A stretch of 44,295 bases of DNA, from contig JBJSXO010000060.1 of assembly GCA_046086425.1 (NCBI GenBank), positions 1-44,295 of the forward strand, read 5' to 3'. Source of the stretch: Actinomycetota bacterium. Its GTDB lineage: Bacteria; Actinomycetota; Acidimicrobiia; IMCC26256; PALSA-555. The notes beneath the pieces were generated by a model, which was not told where the DNA came from, searched no databases, and saw only the letters and a list, made by a program, of their open reading frames with translations. The position numbers were made by a program, and so were the translations under genes. How positions within the stretch are numbered: position 1 is the first letter of the stretch; every line of letters starts with the position of its first letter. Of this stretch, positions 41,796 to 44,295 are shown in pieces.

Positions 41796-44295
41796 CCGTC
41801 GCCGCACCGACCGCCCTCCGCGTCGAGCACCTCGACGACGCGGTGCTCGGTCTCGGGACGGGTGCACCGCGCCTGTCGTGGTGGCTCCCCGATGGCGCCA
41901 GCACGCAGCACGGCTACGAGATCGAGGTCGACGGACGATCGTGCGGCCGCATCGACTCTGGGCGGAGCGTGCTCGTCCCCTGGCCGACTGCCGCGATCAC
42001 GTCGGCGACCCGCATCCGGTGGCGGGTCCGGGTATGGACGGACGCCGGTGAGAGCGATTGGTCGGCACCGGCGTGGTTCGAGACCGGGTTGCTCGACCCG
42101 GAGGACTGGCACGCTCAGTGGATCGAGCCTCCGGCGGGGGACGAGCCACCTGCGGGCGAACGCCCCGCATGGGAACTGCGAACCGTGTTCTCCCTCGGCA
42201 CGCCGATCGAAACTGCTCGGCTGCACGCGACCGCGCACGGGATCTACGAGTGCATTCTCAACGGCCAGCGCGTCGGCGACCACGAGCTCGCCCCCGGGTT
42301 CACGAGCTACCAGCACCGCCTCTACGTGCAGGTGTACGACGTCACCCACCTCCTGCGGCCCGGCGACAACGAGTGGTGCGTGGTCGTATCGGACGGGTGG
42401 TACCGGGGAAAGTACGGCACGCACCACCGATCGGAGCAGTACGGCGATCGCGTCGCCTTCCTCGGCCAGCTCGACGTGGGCGGGCACGTGGTGGCAACCG
42501 GCGCCGGTTGGACTGCGGCGACCGGCCCGATCCGGTCCGCCGACCTCATGGACGGGCAGGTGGAGGACCGCACCGTGGTCGCGACCGACCGGCGACCCGT
42601 CATCGTCGCCGACCACGGGTTCACGACCCTCACGTACTCACCTGCGCCGCCGGTGCGCGCCACGGAGGCGCTGACCCCCGTCTCGGTGCACTCGATCGGC
42701 GACGGTCGCCAGATCGTGGACCTCGGCCAGAACATCAACGGACGGATCCGGCTCGCCGACCTCGGCCCGGCCGGCACCACGACCGTCCTGGTGCACGGCG
42801 AAGCGCTCGACGCACACGGCGACGTGACCCTCGACCACCTGGCGAGCACCGACCACACCGTGCGGCAGACCGATATGGTCACCTCCGCCGGCGTGCCCGA
42901 CGAGGTCTTCGAGCCGCGTCACACGGTGCACGGCTTCCAGTTCGTCCGGATCACCGGCCGCGACGAGGTGCTCGCCCCCGAGGACGCACGCGGGGTCGAG
43001 GTGCGCACGGATCTGCGTCGCACAGGCACGTTCCGCTGCAGCGATGTCCGCCTCGACCGCCTCCACGAGATCGCCGACCGGAGCTTCCGCGCCAACAGCT
43101 GCGACATCCCCACCGACTGTCCCACCCGGGAGCGCCAGGGCTGGACCGGTGACTGGCACATCTTCTTCCCGACGGCGGCGTTCCTCTACGACGTGGCCGG
43201 CTTCTCGCTGAAGTGGCTGCGTGATCTCGCGAGCGAGCAGCGTGCCGACGGGCTCCTGCACAACTACGCGCCCGACCCCATGACGGCGCGGAATCCCTCA
43301 GCCACCGATGAGCCGATCTGGCACTACCTGCAGGGATCGTCGGGATGGGGCGACGCCATCGTCCTCGTGCCGTGGTACATGTTCACCACGTACGGCGACG
43401 ACGGCGTGCTCGCCGAGCTGTGGCCGAACATGGTGCGCTGGGTCGACTTCGCGGCCGACGCCGCCCGCACGAAGCGCTCCCCGGCGCGCGCGGAAGCCCG
43501 GCCTGTCGCCGCGCCGCACGAGGAGTTCCTGTGGGACGGCGGCTGGCATTGGGGCGAGTGGTGCGAGCCCGACGCCGGCGCGCAGGACTTCCTGCAGGTC
43601 GACCAGGGCTATGTGGGCACGGCGTACCTCCACCGGAGCGCGTTGCTGGCTGCGCGCATCGCACGGCTCCTCGACCACGACGCCGAAGCCACACGCCTCG
43701 ACGATCTGGCGTCGAACGCACTCGACGCGTGGCGCACCGAGTACATCGGTGACGACGGCTCCGTCGCCCCCGACACCCAGGCCGCGCACGTGCGCGCACT
43801 CGCGTTCGACCTCGTGCCGTCGGAGCTGCGCGACCAGACCGCCGCCCGGCTTGCCCAGCTCGTGCGCGACGCCGGCACGCACGTGGGCACCGGCTTCCTG
43901 GCCACGCCGCACCTGCTGCCCGTCCTCGCTGACGCAGGCTATGCAGACCTCGCCTACGCGGTGCTCCTGCAGGACACGCCACCCTCGTGGCTCGCCATGC
44001 TCGAGCGGGGCGCGACCACGGTGTGGGAGGAGTGGGAGGGCATCGACGCCGAGGGCGCCGCGCACGCGTCGCTCGACCACTACAGCAAGGGTGCAGTCAT
44101 CTCGTTCCTGCACCGCTACGTCGCCGGCATCCGCCCGATCGACGGCGAAGTCGCGTACCGGCACGTCCGCGTGGCACCGGTACCGGGTGGCGGGCTGACG
44201 TGGACCGAGGCGTCGCTCGACTCGCCGTATGGTCGGATCACGTCTGCGTGGCGCAGGGCCGACGGGCGGTTCACGCTGACCGTCACGGTGCCGCC
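41792..44295 (+). CDS. Alpha-L-rhamnosidase (GH78), 3'-truncated by the window end; not present in the supplied ORF track
   Basis: The GTG at 41792 overlaps the SDR stop (GTGA). My own translation stays open for 834 codons to the window end: LRVEHLDDAVLGLGTGAPRLSWW, YECILNGQRVGDHELAPGFTSYQHRL, DCPTRERQGWTGDW, TTVWEEWEG. Confidence 0.85.
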   Translation, partial: MTVAAPTALRVEHLDDAVLGLGTGAPRLSWWLPDGASTQHGYEIEVDGRSCGRIDSGRSVLVPWPTAAITSATRIRWRVRVWTDAGESDWSAPAWFETGLLDPEDWHAQWIEPPAGDEPPAGERPAWELRTVFSLGTPIETARLHATAHGIYECILNGQRVGDHELAPGFTSYQHRLYVQVYDVTHLLRPGDNEWCVVVSDGWYRGKYGTHHRSEQYGDRVAFLGQLDVGGHVVATGAGWTAATGPIRSADLMDGQVEDRTVVATDRRPVIVADHGFTTLTYSPAPPVRATEALTPVSVHSIGDGRQIVDLGQNINGRIRLADLGPAGTTTVLVHGEALDAHGDVTLDHLASTDHTVRQTDMVTSAGVPDEVFEPRHTVHGFQFVRITGRDEVLAPEDARGVEVRTDLRRTGTFRCSDVRLDRLHEIADRSFRANSCDIPTDCPTRERQGWTGDWHIFFPTAAFLYDVAGFSLKWLRDLASEQRADGLLHNYAPDPMTARNPSATDEPIWHYLQGSSGWGDAIVLVPWYMFTTYGDDGVLAELWPNMVRWVDFAADAARTKRSPARAEARPVAAPHEEFLWDGGWHWGEWCEPDAGAQDFLQVDQGYVGTAYLHRSALLAARIARLLDHDAEATRLDDLASNALDAWRTEYIGDDGSVAPDTQAAHVRALAFDLVPSELRDQTAARLAQLVRDAGTHVGTGFLATPHLLPVLADAGYADLAYAVLLQDTPPSWLAMLERGATTVWEEWEGIDAEGAAHASLDHYSKGAVISFLHRYVAGIRPIDGEVAYRHVRVAPVPGGGLTWTEASLDSPYGRITSAWRRADGRFTLTVTVP

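Noticed and set aside
1-44295. Searched for CRISPR arrays, transposase/integrase/recombinase genes, phage genes, toxin-antitoxin pairs, and restriction-modification or other defence-system signatures (large ATPase/nuclease/helicase genes)
   Set aside because: None found. No spaced repeat arrays, no terminal inverted repeats, and no large low-GC island (only short intergenic AT-richer patches). Every large ORF with protein-like composition is assignable to metabolism, transport or regulation, or is a membrane protein of unknown function.

Overview
Very GC-rich (about 70% by eye) actinobacterial-type chromosomal DNA, densely coding with about 40 protein genes. I found no rRNA or tRNA genes, no CRISPR array, no transposase, integrase or phage genes, and no recognisable defence or toxin-antitoxin genes. 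All family calls come from reading motifs in the translations; no searches were run.

The main content is:
- An L-rhamnose utilisation locus at 24.3-35.2 kb. It holds a GH78 rhamnosidase, an orphan LivJ-type binding protein and an LldD2-like lactate dehydrogenase, transcribed divergently from rhaEW-rhaI-rhaB-deoR, whose rhaI/rhaB and rhaB/deoR junctions overlap stop and start codons.
- A second GH78 rhamnosidase starting at 41792. It runs off the window end, so it is missing from the supplied ORF track. It is translationally chained to an LLM (F420-type) oxidoreductase and an SDR.
- Three TetR regulators, two of them with MFS exporters, plus a FUSC exporter, a DedA protein, two alpha/beta hydrolases and flavoenzymes (an OYE/FadH-like reductase, two LldD paralogs, a dodecin).
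- Several membrane or secreted genes of unknown function.

Most long Arg/Pro/Gly-rich ORFs in the track are high-GC shadow frames. Nothing here looks like a known or obviously new defence or mobile system. The best candidates for something undescribed are:
- A translationally coupled three-gene envelope operon at 17170-19669, encoding an internally duplicated membrane protein, a secreted protein and a DUF4395 protein.
- A TetR-linked amidohydrolase paired with a His-rich membrane protein at 36579-39232.
- The LLM-SDR-GH78 unit at 40033-44295.
- Two gene-structure oddities: a USP-like/dodecin in-frame fusion, and a TetR ORF with no stop codon that reads antisense through a convergent membrane gene.
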